60,948 nucleotides of DNA from an uncultured virus (IMG/VR IMGVR_UViG_3300048587_001148) (lineage: Duplodnaviria > Heunggongvirae > Uroviricota > Caudoviricetes), in IMG/VR virus record IMGVR_UViG_3300048587_001148, one strand, 5' to 3'. Positions 38,850 to 48,345 of this stretch are shown here, in pieces; positions within the stretch are counted from its first letter, which is position 1; each line of letters starts with the position of its first letter. Under the pieces are notes generated by a model, which was given only the letters and a program-made list of their open reading frames with translations, had not been told where the DNA came from and ran no database searches. Position numbers and translations under genes: made by a program.

Positions 38850-38855
38850 ACCATA
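38850..38855 (-). promoter_or_regulatory. -10 box TATGGT, leaderless start
   Basis: TATGGT-N5-ATG(38844). Confidence 0.6.
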
Positions 38856-39068
38856 CCCGCCCTGCGAATGCGGCAACAACGCGAATGCCGGCCCGCGCTG
38901 TAAACGACGCCCCTCGCTCCGCCCCCCGGCGCTGGAAAGACATCTTGATCGCCTCTCTGCCGGCGCCGCGATCTCCAGGCGCTCGCCATCACCCCAGCGT
39001 CTTTTTGCGTCGTGGACCCGTGGTGTATGGTGCAGCGAGCGACCACCGCCTCGATGTCTAGGAGATTC

Positions 39069-40517
39069 ATGCCGGTCCGTACGGTGCTTGTCACGCCCAA
39101 TGGTGCATATCCCTGCTCTGTGTCGGTGGTCCCGGAGGGGGTCCTGCCGACAACTGAGGATGAGTACCTGTTGGATCTCTCCACTGCAGCCCGCTCACTC
39201 GACGGTATTCCGGCGCTGCGGTACTTGATCACCGGCCTGCCACTTCGCGAGGTGGGGTTTATCAAGCCGCGGCACGCCAGTCAGCTCTTGGACCCGTGCC
39301 TGATGGCGGCCGCGGAGGCCGATGGTCGCCTGGCGCCGGACGCGCTCACCGGGGTCGCTGTACTAACGCGGCACGCCCCACCGGATGAGATCGTGCGGGG
39401 CGCACACACCGCCCTCGCAGCCTTGAGTGCCACTGGGGTGCAGGAGGTCGTCATCTCCTCACATTTCGCGCAGGCGGCCGCGTACCACGGAAACCTGACC
39501 TGCTTTCTTGCGGACACGCACGACTCTGTGTTGCGGCATCTTTCCGCAGAGAAGGCCTTGGCCGTTGTTCCCTCTATACCGTTTGCGCCGCAGAAAGAGT
39601 CCCTGGACCTTTCCAGTCTTCCTGGTGGACTGTTGTTGTCTGCGGCCCGCGCCCTTGAAGTCGCGCTGGTGGGGGACCACCCACTGCTCTTCGTGGGACA
39701 CCACGGTGATGGCGTTACCATGCTGGCACGTCGCGCCCCTTCCGTGATGCCCCCACTCTCCCAGGAGGAGAGTCGATACGTGCTCGCTGCACAGGATGCC
39801 AGAGGCCTGTTACCGCAACAGTACCGGTGGCCGGTTCGGCCGTTTCGTGCCCCCCATTCCACATGTAGCCTCGGAGGGATGGGATTCTCGTCCGGCGCGC
39901 GCTTTGGCGAATGGACGTCAGCCCATCATGGCGTTCTGTTCCTGGATGAGGTGCAGGAGCTGGATCCAGTGGTCGCCCGAGCACTCGCCGGTGCCATCCA
40001 AAAATCGCCTGATGGTCCACACCCCCTGGTGATCGCCAAGGCAACCTACTGTGGTTGCGATGATCTACCATGCCGCTGCTCGCCCAAGCAGCTCGCGCGC
40101 TCAGCAGGCTGGTGGCAGGGTGCACTGGCGCAGTCGTTCGAGGTGTGTGTGCCTTTGGGGGGGGCCGTCTGTGGTAGACAGGACAGTGGGGACGACCGCG
40201 TGGTGACCTCTGCGGAGATGCGGCAGCGTATTGTTGCCGCGCGGGCACGACGTCGCGACCGACTCGGCGCGCCAGCAGGTGCAACCCAGATCTCCCCAGA
40301 CGTGGAACAATATCTCCATGTTGCCGTCACGGAAGGGCGACTCGCGGCTGACGGGGGAGATGTCGTGCGACGGGTAGCGTGGAGTATCGCTGACCTTGAG
40401 GGGCACGCCTCGCCAAGCCATCTCGACATGCTCGAGGCGCTCCTCCTGGTATCACCGCCGCACCGTGCTGGCTGTCAGGGCCTCCGCCCTATCCCCGCAC
40501 GCCAGCGCCTCCCCTGA
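39069..40517 (+). CDS. ComM/YifB (Mg-chelatase-like) homologue with degenerate Walker A
   Basis: GHHGDGVTMLARR, RPFRAPH, AHHGVLFLDE, RVAWSIADLEG. Confidence 0.8.
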   Translation: MPVRTVLVTPNGAYPCSVSVVPEGVLPTTEDEYLLDLSTAARSLDGIPALRYLITGLPLREVGFIKPRHASQLLDPCLMAAAEADGRLAPDALTGVAVLTRHAPPDEIVRGAHTALAALSATGVQEVVISSHFAQAAAYHGNLTCFLADTHDSVLRHLSAEKALAVVPSIPFAPQKESLDLSSLPGGLLLSAARALEVALVGDHPLLFVGHHGDGVTMLARRAPSVMPPLSQEESRYVLAAQDARGLLPQQYRWPVRPFRAPHSTCSLGGMGFSSGARFGEWTSAHHGVLFLDEVQELDPVVARALAGAIQKSPDGPHPLVIAKATYCGCDDLPCRCSPKQLARSAGWWQGALAQSFEVCVPLGGAVCGRQDSGDDRVVTSAEMRQRIVAARARRRDRLGAPAGATQISPDVEQYLHVAVTEGRLAADGGDVVRRVAWSIADLEGHASPSHLDMLEALLLVSPPHRAGCQGLRPIPARQRLP

Positions 40518-40572
40518 ACGACACCGCTCCCGGCCTTTCTGGCCAGGAGCGGTGTCGTTCCAAACGCCGATC

Positions 40573-40962
40573 TTACCTCCGGAAGGCCTCGAGCATGTTG
40601 AAGGCGGGTACGCCGTCCCGCTCGGACGCTGCGATCACCCGCCTCGCCTTGCCCGGAGACAGACGAAGGGCAAGGGGGGCGGGCTGGCCCAGTCGGTGCG
40701 GCCGCCAGGCGCGTGGCCCGTCGATCTTTCGGATGCTCCCGGTGTCAAAGACGAGTTGGTGACCCACCATTCTCGAGGGAACACGGGACGGCGGTGAGGC
40801 GATGAACCAGACGTAGCCGCCGCCGTGCGCCCCGATGACGGGAAAGTAGATCAGACACTCCGCGATCCGGAGGTGCTCCCGAATCTCGCTGGATGTCAGG
40901 GCACGCGGCCCCCTGCTCTTGCGACGGTTGGCGGCGAAATTACGAAAGCTGCGGTGTGACAT
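40573..40962 (-). CDS. hypothetical protein
   Basis: GAGGAG before ATG. Confidence 0.55.
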   Translation of the reverse strand: MSHRSFRNFAANRRKSRGPRALTSSEIREHLRIAECLIYFPVIGAHGGGYVWFIASPPSRVPSRMVGHQLVFDTGSIRKIDGPRAWRPHRLGQPAPLALRLSPGKARRVIAASERDGVPAFNMLEAFRR

Positions 40963-41013
40963 GCCGTACTCCTCATTCGTGTGTGGTGCTGTTGGCGCGG
41001 TGTGCCTGACGCC

Positions 41014-42876
41014 TCAGGTGTGAACTGGTTCTTGTTGAAAAACCTCTCCCGTGCGCTCGAGGGCACCTTGCTCTCGGAAAAGCGCAGCCAAGGGGCTCGT
41101 GCGGTCTCTGAGGAGCATACCTGGCGGCCCATCGGCCACCACACGGCCATGCTCAAACACGAGCACGCGATCCATGTCGAGGACCGTCTCTAGACGGTGG
41201 GTGGCCACCAGGAGTGTGCGTGCTGGTGTCTGCCGGCGCAGTGCGTCGAGCACCCGGCGCTCCGCCTTCGGGTCAAGCGCACTGGTCGGCTCATCCAGTA
41301 GGAGGATGGGAGCGGTCGAGAGCAGCGCCCGCGCCAGTGCCAGGCGTTGACGCTGACCACCGGAGAAAGTGGCGTCCGCTTCCGTCGCCATGGTGGCCAG
41401 CCCCTGCGGCAGGCGTCGCAGGGTGTGGTCGAGTCCAACGGCGCGCAGGGCGGCCGTAATCAGCGCGTCCGTCTCTGGTTTTCCACCCTCGAGCCGCAGT
41501 CCGTAACAGAGGTTCTCTCGCAGGGTCCCCGGCAGGAGTTCAATGCGCTGAGGCACCAACGCGCAGTGCTGGCGGAGGGTGATGCGTGGCATGTCATCGA
41601 CGGCGTGCCCATCCACCTGGATGGCACTCGGGCTGGTCTTCGCGAAACGTGTCAGTGCGCGCAGGAAGCTGGTCTTGCCACTGCCACTCTCGCCCACCAA
41701 CGCCACCCGCTCGCCCGGCTGGATCTGGAGGTCCGGGAGAGTGAGGAGCGGCGTCCCATCCATCCCCAGCACCCGCCCCCCTTCGCGTGTGGCGATGGCA
41801 CCACGCCAGGTGGCCGGGCGCGTTGCGTCCGCACGATCCGCCAGTGGATCCTCGGCGTCCACCATCTCCCAGAGGAGGGTCAACGCACGGCGCGAGGCGG
41901 TGATCTCGCTCACAATCCCGCTGAGTTGCTGCACGGGGCCAAAGAGCCCGCCGACATAGCCCAGGAAGGCAATCAGGGCGCCTGGGGTAATACTCCCCTG
42001 GACGACCGCCCAGCCCCCGAACACCACGACAGCGATCGTGGCCAAGATCTCGCCACTGCCTGCGGCGAGTGAGGTTCGCCGGTCGCGGAGTGCGCCAAGG
42101 CGCAGGAGGTGGTGGACACGCCGGATGCCTCGCAGGAAGCGGTCGGCCTCCCGACGCTCTTCACCGGCCGCCTGGACCACATAGAGCCGCTCCAGGAGCT
42201 GTGTAAGGCGAGAGTACACGCGCGCGAAGCCTTCGATGCGATGGCCGTCTCGCCGTGTCGCTTCCCGTAGCGCATGGCGCTCCACCAGCGCGGGGATCGG
42301 CACCAGGACCAGCATCATCATGGTCAGCCCCGGATGGATCCCCCACATCACGACCACGGCGATGAGGCCGAAGAGCGCCACGGGGAACATCTCGAAGAGC
42401 AGCTGCGAGAGTGATGTGCTCAGCTGCTCCGCGGACTGCTCCAGCTTGGACAGGGTCTCCGCCGGCGGTGTCCGTTGGTGCGCCTGTGGGGGAAGCGTGA
42501 AGAGGCGCTCCGCGACGGTGCCGTGGAGGTCCTCATCGATCCCCAGACGCACATCGGTCTCACGAGTGTCGCTGATCTCGCTGAGTACCGGCACGCCGAC
42601 CAGGAGAATGACCCAGCCGATCGCGGCCGCAATGAAGCCAGCGCGGTCCCCACCGATCATTGCATCGAGGGCGCGCATGCTGACCACGGGCACCATGGCC
42701 TCGCAGGCCGCCGCAATGAGGGTGATGACCAAGACCATGGCCGCCTTGGGGCCCCAGGGTCGCAGGTACGGCCAAACACGCCAGAGGCCAGCCCAGGCGC
42801 TCTGTGTCGACATGGAACGTCCGTCTGCTTCTTTCTTCATGGTAAGAGGATGGAGGGGGACGTTCGTGCTCGTCAC
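41014..42876 (-). CDS. ABC exporter, fused permease and ATPase (start may be 42840 or 42813)
   Basis: TM domain; GESGSGKT, FSGGQRQR, LLLDEPT, H-loop. Confidence 0.93.
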   Translation of the reverse strand: MTSTNVPLHPLTMKKEADGRSMSTQSAWAGLWRVWPYLRPWGPKAAMVLVITLIAAACEAMVPVVSMRALDAMIGGDRAGFIAAAIGWVILLVGVPVLSEISDTRETDVRLGIDEDLHGTVAERLFTLPPQAHQRTPPAETLSKLEQSAEQLSTSLSQLLFEMFPVALFGLIAVVVMWGIHPGLTMMMLVLVPIPALVERHALREATRRDGHRIEGFARVYSRLTQLLERLYVVQAAGEERREADRFLRGIRRVHHLLRLGALRDRRTSLAAGSGEILATIAVVVFGGWAVVQGSITPGALIAFLGYVGGLFGPVQQLSGIVSEITASRRALTLLWEMVDAEDPLADRADATRPATWRGAIATREGGRVLGMDGTPLLTLPDLQIQPGERVALVGESGSGKTSFLRALTRFAKTSPSAIQVDGHAVDDMPRITLRQHCALVPQRIELLPGTLRENLCYGLRLEGGKPETDALITAALRAVGLDHTLRRLPQGLATMATEADATFSGGQRQRLALARALLSTAPILLLDEPTSALDPKAERRVLDALRRQTPARTLLVATHRLETVLDMDRVLVFEHGRVVADGPPGMLLRDRTSPLAALFREQGALERTGEVFQQEPVHT

Positions 42877-42929
42877 CAGCTCGAACCCTGCCTTCCCTCC
42901 GGGGCGCCCCAGGCCCTGAATGTCTCGGC

Positions 42930-42989
42930 CCTGACCGTCTCTCCCCTGGCCGTCTCTCCCCTGCCTGTCTCGCCTCTGGCTCTCTCGTC
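42930..42989. repeat. 4 x 15-bp imperfect tandem repeat
   Basis: CCTGACCGTCTCTCC / CCTGGCCGTCTCTCC-type units, intergenic. Confidence 0.6.
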
Positions 42990-43159
42990 ACGCCGTCCTG
43001 GTCGCCACGCTGCCGCCGTGCTCCCCGTCTTGTGGTCCATGTTCGTCCTGCGGGGCCTCTGAGGCTGCGACCGGGCACTAGACCACTGAGAGGGCCCGGC
43101 TCGCCTGGAAATCCCACGAGCCAGCTGCAAGGCACCGTCTGGAGTATCCTGCCCTGGGG

Positions 43160-43870
43160 TCAGAGCCCGGCGCGTTGCCGTGTGGCCATGGCCAGTGCCT
43201 CCACCTCTTGGCGGAGTTTCTGCTCGGCCCACCGCAGGGTGGCAGCGACCAGCTCTGTGCTGAACTCGTCGCGGTCGAGCTCGGGATCCCAGCGGGCTGT
43301 CCCAACGGCCCCAGGGGACCAGCGGTACTTGAACCGGGGGCGAGCGGCGGCATTACACCAGACCCGTCCCATCCTGTCGACGCCCAACTCCCGGAGGAGG
43401 AACAGATGCCCGGTCTGGCGGGCCACAAAGGCCTGCCGCTCGTTGCCCGTCTCAAGCGGCCGGGCGATCAGGATGGGCCCGTCAGGACGGCCGGCATCTC
43501 CCAGGAAAGGGCGCCGCCCCCAGCGCTCCACCACCTTGAGGCCTTGCAGCTGGCCGGCCTGGATGTACGGGATGTAGGTGGCCAGCTGAAGTCCTAGGCC
43601 GACGATCTCTTCGATCTCCCGTGCCTCAGCGAGGCGCCCTTGGACGGCAATCGTATCGACCATCGCCTCCAGACGGGCCTCGAGGGCTTCTTGGGCGACC
43701 AAGAGCTTCGTGAGGCGTGGTGAGAGGCGCGGCGAGAGATGTGGTGAGGGAAGTGGTGACGCACCCTGCTCGGCCGGGAGGGGGTCGCTTGACGCCAGGG
43801 GCATCGCGGTGTCCTGCCGCGGCAAGTTTGGGGGCGCGCCTGGTGGCAATTCTGGTGGCAAGTCTGACAT
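43160..43870 (-). CDS. hypothetical protein
   Basis: ATG at 43870 with TATGGT 9 nt upstream; coiled-coil-like ends. Confidence 0.6.
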   Translation of the reverse strand: MSDLPPELPPGAPPNLPRQDTAMPLASSDPLPAEQGASPLPSPHLSPRLSPRLTKLLVAQEALEARLEAMVDTIAVQGRLAEAREIEEIVGLGLQLATYIPYIQAGQLQGLKVVERWGRRPFLGDAGRPDGPILIARPLETGNERQAFVARQTGHLFLLRELGVDRMGRVWCNAAARPRFKYRWSPGAVGTARWDPELDRDEFSTELVAATLRWAEQKLRQEVEALAMATRQRAGL

Positions 43871-44266
43871 GATTCCAGCACCATACATGCTCCGATGACG
43901 GCAAGCCGTATTCGAACGGTCGCCTCCCTGCCCTGCCTGCCTCACCGCTGCCCGGGGCGCCCCGGGCGGTTCCTGATGGCGCTCCCGTGATGGGCGCCGC
44001 CTTCTCCGGCGCAGAACGGAGGTTTGCTCGGGCGGCTTGGGCGTGTGCCGCTTACCCCCCATTGCCGGGCCCAACTGGGTGACCCGAGATAGAGCCGGTG
44101 AAGGTCCGCCCGGGCCGAAGGATGCAGAGGGGGCCGAAGGATTCAGAGGGTACGGACCTGGGAGAGGGGCCCAGGGAGGGAACGATGTCCCAGCGCGAGG
44201 CGTGTCGCACATTGGATTCGTACGGAGCTACTCATGCCATCCTGGTCCCAGGATGGCCTCGAGCTC

Positions 44267-45049
44267 TTACCGCTGGAGCCTGTGGCCCACACCCAGGGTC
44301 GCCAGACCTGCGGTCGCCAGGACCGGACAGTGATGCCCGAGCCAGAAGGCGGTGATCCGCGCGCGGTCGGCGGCGGACTCGAGTGCCCGCCAGCGCGCCG
44401 CGAGATTACCGACGTCGTGCGCCTCCCACCCGTCGATCCTCATCCATCGGGGCACAGATTGCTCTTGCGCGGCGTCGATCACTCCGCGCGTCATGGTGAG
44501 GCGGTCAACTGTGCCGTCAGCCAGAATGATGTGACCTCTACGCCCGAGCCCACGATTGACATGCCGGGAATCGAGGTTCACAACACCGTAGCCAACGCCC
44601 TCGCCGCCACAGATCAGGGACCAGTCGACGAACGGGGTCTTCCACTCGGCCAGCTCGAGCCGGCCACCTGGGTCCGAGAACGTGAGATCCTCGAGCTCGG
44701 CCCCCCAACACTCGTAGCGCAACAATCGCCCCGGGGCGTGGGGCACGACCTGATCCTGCTGGCGTGATCTGATCTCCGCGATCGTGCGACCTCCGGCTTC
44801 CTTGACGGCGATACGCCACCCCTCCTGGGGGGACTCGGCCTGCAGGGCGGCAAGAGTGTCGCGGAGGGCCTGCTGTGCAGCCGCGAGGCCACCCCACGCC
44901 GCATGGTGGTATTCCGGCGGCGGTGGGAGCGGCTTGCCGGGCGTCGCAATGACCCAGCGCTGTGCCCACGACGGAAGCTCCGGATACAGGCGACGCAGGC
45001 TCGCCCGCAACAGAGGATCCTCGACGAGGGACACGGGCATGGTCGACAT
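44267..45049 (-). CDS. hypothetical protein with C-terminal LGHxxP motif
   Basis: ends FWLGHHCPVLATAGL; leaderless TATGGT. Confidence 0.75.
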   Translation of the reverse strand: MSTMPVSLVEDPLLRASLRRLYPELPSWAQRWVIATPGKPLPPPPEYHHAAWGGLAAAQQALRDTLAALQAESPQEGWRIAVKEAGGRTIAEIRSRQQDQVVPHAPGRLLRYECWGAELEDLTFSDPGGRLELAEWKTPFVDWSLICGGEGVGYGVVNLDSRHVNRGLGRRGHIILADGTVDRLTMTRGVIDAAQEQSVPRWMRIDGWEAHDVGNLAARWRALESAADRARITAFWLGHHCPVLATAGLATLGVGHRLQR

Positions 45050-45054
45050 GATTC

Positions 45055-45060
45055 ACCATA
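45055..45060 (-). promoter_or_regulatory. -10 box TATGGT, leaderless start
   Basis: TATGGT-N5-ATG(45049). Confidence 0.6.
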
Positions 45061-45082
45061 CGCGCTGCGCAACAATAACTGT

Positions 45083-45565
45083 CTACCGGCACACTCCATC
45101 TGGCGACAGGACCTGCACCGCTGCAAGGCCCAGCTCGGCCAGTTCGGGGAGGTCGTGCCCGAGCCAGAAGCTGATGATCTCCCGCTGTGTGACCGGATCG
45201 GTGATCACCTGCAGGCGATAGAGGATGTCCCGGCGTACCCGCGCCTGGTAACAGTCCTCGAGATCATCGCGGGTGCCGAGGAGGGTCGGGCACCAGCGGC
45301 GGCCCGCTACCCCGTGATCGGCACTCATAAGCTCCACCTCCGCCCGCCGCGCCCCGAAGGGGAACGGGGTACAGAACCCGTTGGCGTTGACATCCTCCCC
45401 GGCCTGAAGGCCGCGGATTCCTACCGCGTCCTGGGGAGATGCTCCCGGGATCGCCTCGGTGGGTTCCTGCTTCATCGGGGCGCCTGACTCCACGACCCCT
45501 CCACAGGCAGACACGGCCAGCCCGGCCGCGTGTACTGCAGGTGCATGCTTGGTTATCGCACGCAT
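45083..45565 (-). CDS. hypothetical protein with C-terminal LGHxxP motif; start uncertain
   Basis: ends FWLGHDLPELAELGL. Confidence 0.6.
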   Translation of the reverse strand: MRAITKHAPAVHAAGLAVSACGGVVESGAPMKQEPTEAIPGASPQDAVGIRGLQAGEDVNANGFCTPFPFGARRAEVELMSADHGVAGRRWCPTLLGTRDDLEDCYQARVRRDILYRLQVITDPVTQREIISFWLGHDLPELAELGLAAVQVLSPDGVCR

Positions 45566-45626
45566 CTGGAGAGTGGGGGATGCCCTGTGAGTTGGCCAAG
45601 CCCCCTCGACGGCGTTGCCGTCGGCG

Positions 45627-45941
45627 CTATCCTTCCCCGGCCTGAAGGCCGAGGCTTGTCGCGCATTGGGTCAAGTGCGCAGAGAGGGTGGCGCCGTGGC
45701 CGGTGGTTTGGATATGCACCGTCCACCGCACGTGGGTAGCCTCGAGGCCATCGCGATGTAGGTCACTGGCGCTACTCACGCCCGGTGTACCATCGAGGGA
45801 GGCGATCGCCCACGGCATCCCGTCGAGGGGTCGGGCGGAGCGGACATACTCGCCCCCCAGGAAAGGGTCAACCGCCCACGCAGGGAGCTCGGGAAAGAGG
45901 TGGGCAAGTGCCTGCGGCGGAGACGAGCGGAGTGCGGTCAT
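45627..45941 (-). CDS. hypothetical protein; N-terminus resembles 44267..45049
   Basis: LFPELPAWA versus LYPELPSWA; TATGAT-N5-ATG. Confidence 0.55.
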   Translation of the reverse strand: MTALRSSPPQALAHLFPELPAWAVDPFLGGEYVRSARPLDGMPWAIASLDGTPGVSSASDLHRDGLEATHVRWTVHIQTTGHGATLSAHLTQCATSLGLQAGEG

Positions 45942-45946
45942 GCAAC

Positions 45947-45952
45947 ATCATA
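45947..45952 (-). promoter_or_regulatory. -10 box TATGAT, leaderless start
   Basis: TATGAT-N5-ATG(45941). Confidence 0.6.
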
Positions 45953-46047
45953 CCCGCCCGCCACACCGCTCCGATGCGATGGTACAACCTGTCGTGTACC
46001 CGACCGTGCAACCTGCAGCGCGTTTCGGAAATGCGCGGGCATCGCGT

Positions 46048-46135
46048 GCTCATGGTGCGCTTCTTGTGCGCTCATGGTGCGCTTCTTGTGCGCTTATGGT
46101 GCGCTCATGGTGCGCTCATGGTGCGCTCATGGTGC
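46048..46135. repeat. 8 x 11-bp tandem repeat (GCTCATGGTGC / GCTTCTTGTGC)
   Basis: read directly; divergent intergenic region. Confidence 0.9.
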
Positions 46136-46347
46136 GCGCTGGCAGCGTCGTGGTTGCCTCACGGCAGCAGAGGGGGATCGCGGGAGGATCGCGGGAGGTC
46201 TTGGCGAGTGGCGAGCGTGAAGGGTACCATGGGGAGCTCGTGACTGGACCGCTGGGGCGCTCCCGGAAGCGCTCGGACTGTGACGTCGCACCCAGCACGC
46301 CTCGGCCTCCCGGTCGGGTGACACATCGCACGGACGGAGACTGCAAG

Positions 46348-46653
46348 ATGACGGCATCACGTGCGACGCTGGCCAGGGTGCCCCGAACGATCGTCCTCGT
46401 CGAGTCTCCTCCGCAGCATCCCGGTCCCCGGTGGACAGCCTGCTGGCAGGGAATCACCTGTGTATCGGGCGTTGGTGTGTCACCCGAGGCGGCAGTCGCC
46501 GACCTTGAGGCAGGTACCGCCGATTTTCAGCGCCTCGCATCCAAGGGGCACTGGTCGCCCATTCCCTTTGCGGCGGGCCCCCTCCGATTGAGTGTCCACC
46601 CACCCCACACCCCCTGGCTCAGCTCTTCGAAACGCGGTGCCGTTCGGGCATGA
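46348..46653 (+). CDS. HicB-like small protein
   Basis: WTACWQGITCVSGVGVSPEAAVADL resembles the HicB N-terminal fold; GGAG upstream. Confidence 0.45.
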   Translation: MTASRATLARVPRTIVLVESPPQHPGPRWTACWQGITCVSGVGVSPEAAVADLEAGTADFQRLASKGHWSPIPFAAGPLRLSVHPPHTPWLSSSKRGAVRA

Positions 46654-46719
46654 CAAGCTCCCTGTCGATGGCCTGAACCCCCATGCGCCGCAGGCCGGGA
46701 TCCCTATGGCCGGCCCGCT

Positions 46720-46776
46720 GGCGGACGGTAGCCCTGGTGGCGGGCGGTAGCCCTGGTGGCGGGCGGTAGCTCTGGT
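46720..46776. repeat. 3 x 19-bp tandem repeat
   Basis: GGCGGGCGGTAGCCCTGGT units. Confidence 0.85.
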
Positions 46777-46877
46777 GGAGGTGGGGCAAGCATGGTGATG
46801 CGCGCACCGCCGGAACCAATCAGATGCATCGCGCAAGAGGCTGGTCGCCGGCCACACGTACCCCAAGGAGGACGGGA

Positions 46878-47558
46878 ATGCATCTTGAGCACGGCCGCAG
46901 CGGTCGACCACTGACCGGTGACCGGAGAGTCGCCGACACGCTGGCCTATTACGAACGCGAGGCGGCCGACTACGCCGAACGTGCCCGGGGCCTGAACTGT
47001 TCGAGTACCTACGCGCCATTCGTGTGCCGACTGACACCGGGAGCCCGCATCTTGGATGCAGGATGTGGCTCAGGCCGCGACGCGGCAGCCTTTCAGGACA
47101 TGGGATTCCGAGTGGCCGCCATGGACGCGAGCCCCTCTCTTGCCCAGGAGGCGGAGCGTCTCCTGGGACACTCGGTGGTCGTCTGCCGTCACCAGGATGT
47201 GGTCTTCGCAAACGCCTTTGATGGGATCTGGGCCATGGCCACGCTGCTACATGTGCCACACGACGATCTCCCAGATGTGCTCACTCGCTATCGCCGAGCC
47301 CTGACGCCCGGCGGCCTGCTCTTCTGCTCTTTCAAGTTCGGGGAGCAGGATGGGCCAGACGCCGAGGGGCGCTGGTTCACGAACATGACCCGCGAGCGCA
47401 TGCAGTCGCTGGTCGATACGGTGGGAGGGTGGCGTATTGAACAACTCCGAGAGACGCCCGACAGTATGCGTCCCGACACGCGCTGGCTCGAGGTGATGCT
47501 GGTGAAGGAGATGCAAGGCGAGCCGTCCAGCGAGGGGACAATGACACGGGACGGTTGA
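46878..47558 (+). CDS. class I SAM-dependent methyltransferase
   Basis: ILDAGCGSGRD, FDGIWAMATLLHVP; AGGAGG before ATG. Confidence 0.9.
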   Translation: MHLEHGRSGRPLTGDRRVADTLAYYEREAADYAERARGLNCSSTYAPFVCRLTPGARILDAGCGSGRDAAAFQDMGFRVAAMDASPSLAQEAERLLGHSVVVCRHQDVVFANAFDGIWAMATLLHVPHDDLPDVLTRYRRALTPGGLLFCSFKFGEQDGPDAEGRWFTNMTRERMQSLVDTVGGWRIEQLRETPDSMRPDTRWLEVMLVKEMQGEPSSEGTMTRDG

Positions 47559-47831
47559 TCATCACCTCGTGTGGGGACCCGGGCAGCTGAGATACCGAGC
47601 CGGCCCAATTCCCTTCTCCCTCTTGTCAGAACCATGCCGTCTGTCGCATGGTGACAAGGGGCCCAGGGGACCTCTGTCGAGCGATCGCCATCTTCCTTGG
47701 GACATAGGTGGCTCCGTCTGATTCGTCAGGCGGGGCCACCGTCCATTACTGGCAGGATTGCTGGGCGGCATCCTCGCATGGCTTTCAGCGCCTGCCTTGG
47801 CGGGGGCACGTCAAGTTGCGCCCGCCGCAGC

Positions 47832-48200
47832 TTACTCGAGGGCAGCCGTGGCTTGCGCTCGCAGGGCAGCGAGTTCGCGTTCCGCGCACAGCAGCCTCTC
47901 CTCGGCCAGTACCAGGGCATCACGGAGTAACGCAATTTCGTGCTTCCCGGTGGTGAACTCACCCCACCCACATCTCGTGAGCGCAGTGACCTCTCCCTTT
48001 AACATCCGGCAGACCGTCGCATCGCGATGTTGTCCCCGCTGTTCGAACTCATCCCGAGCCCGACCGATGACGACCGCAGCTTCCTCGATCCCCCGTGCCC
48101 GACCTGTGGCGAGCCATGCCGCCCTCTCGCTCGTGTCGCCCTTGGCGCCGTCCCCTGCTGAGTGATCGCCCCCGGAGACGCCCCGTGTTGTGCCTGCCAT
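47832..48200 (-). CDS. hypothetical protein
   Basis: AGGAG before ATG; coiled-coil tail. Confidence 0.55.
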   Translation of the reverse strand: MAGTTRGVSGGDHSAGDGAKGDTSERAAWLATGRARGIEEAAVVIGRARDEFEQRGQHRDATVCRMLKGEVTALTRCGWGEFTTGKHEIALLRDALVLAEERLLCAERELAALRAQATAALE

Positions 48201-48345
48201 GGTCTTCTCCTACGGATATGGGTGCAGCCGTCGGCACGCTCTGGAGCTATGCGATCTTATCGCATCCACCTGCATCTTCCGCGTGTCTCGACACCGCCGT
48301 TACCTGCTCGCCGCCCCTGCGGCAGCGGCGAGCGACCCTGGTAGT

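Noticed and set aside
46048..46135. Possible CRISPR array
   Set aside because: Units are 11 bp and contiguous with no spacers; no cas genes seen
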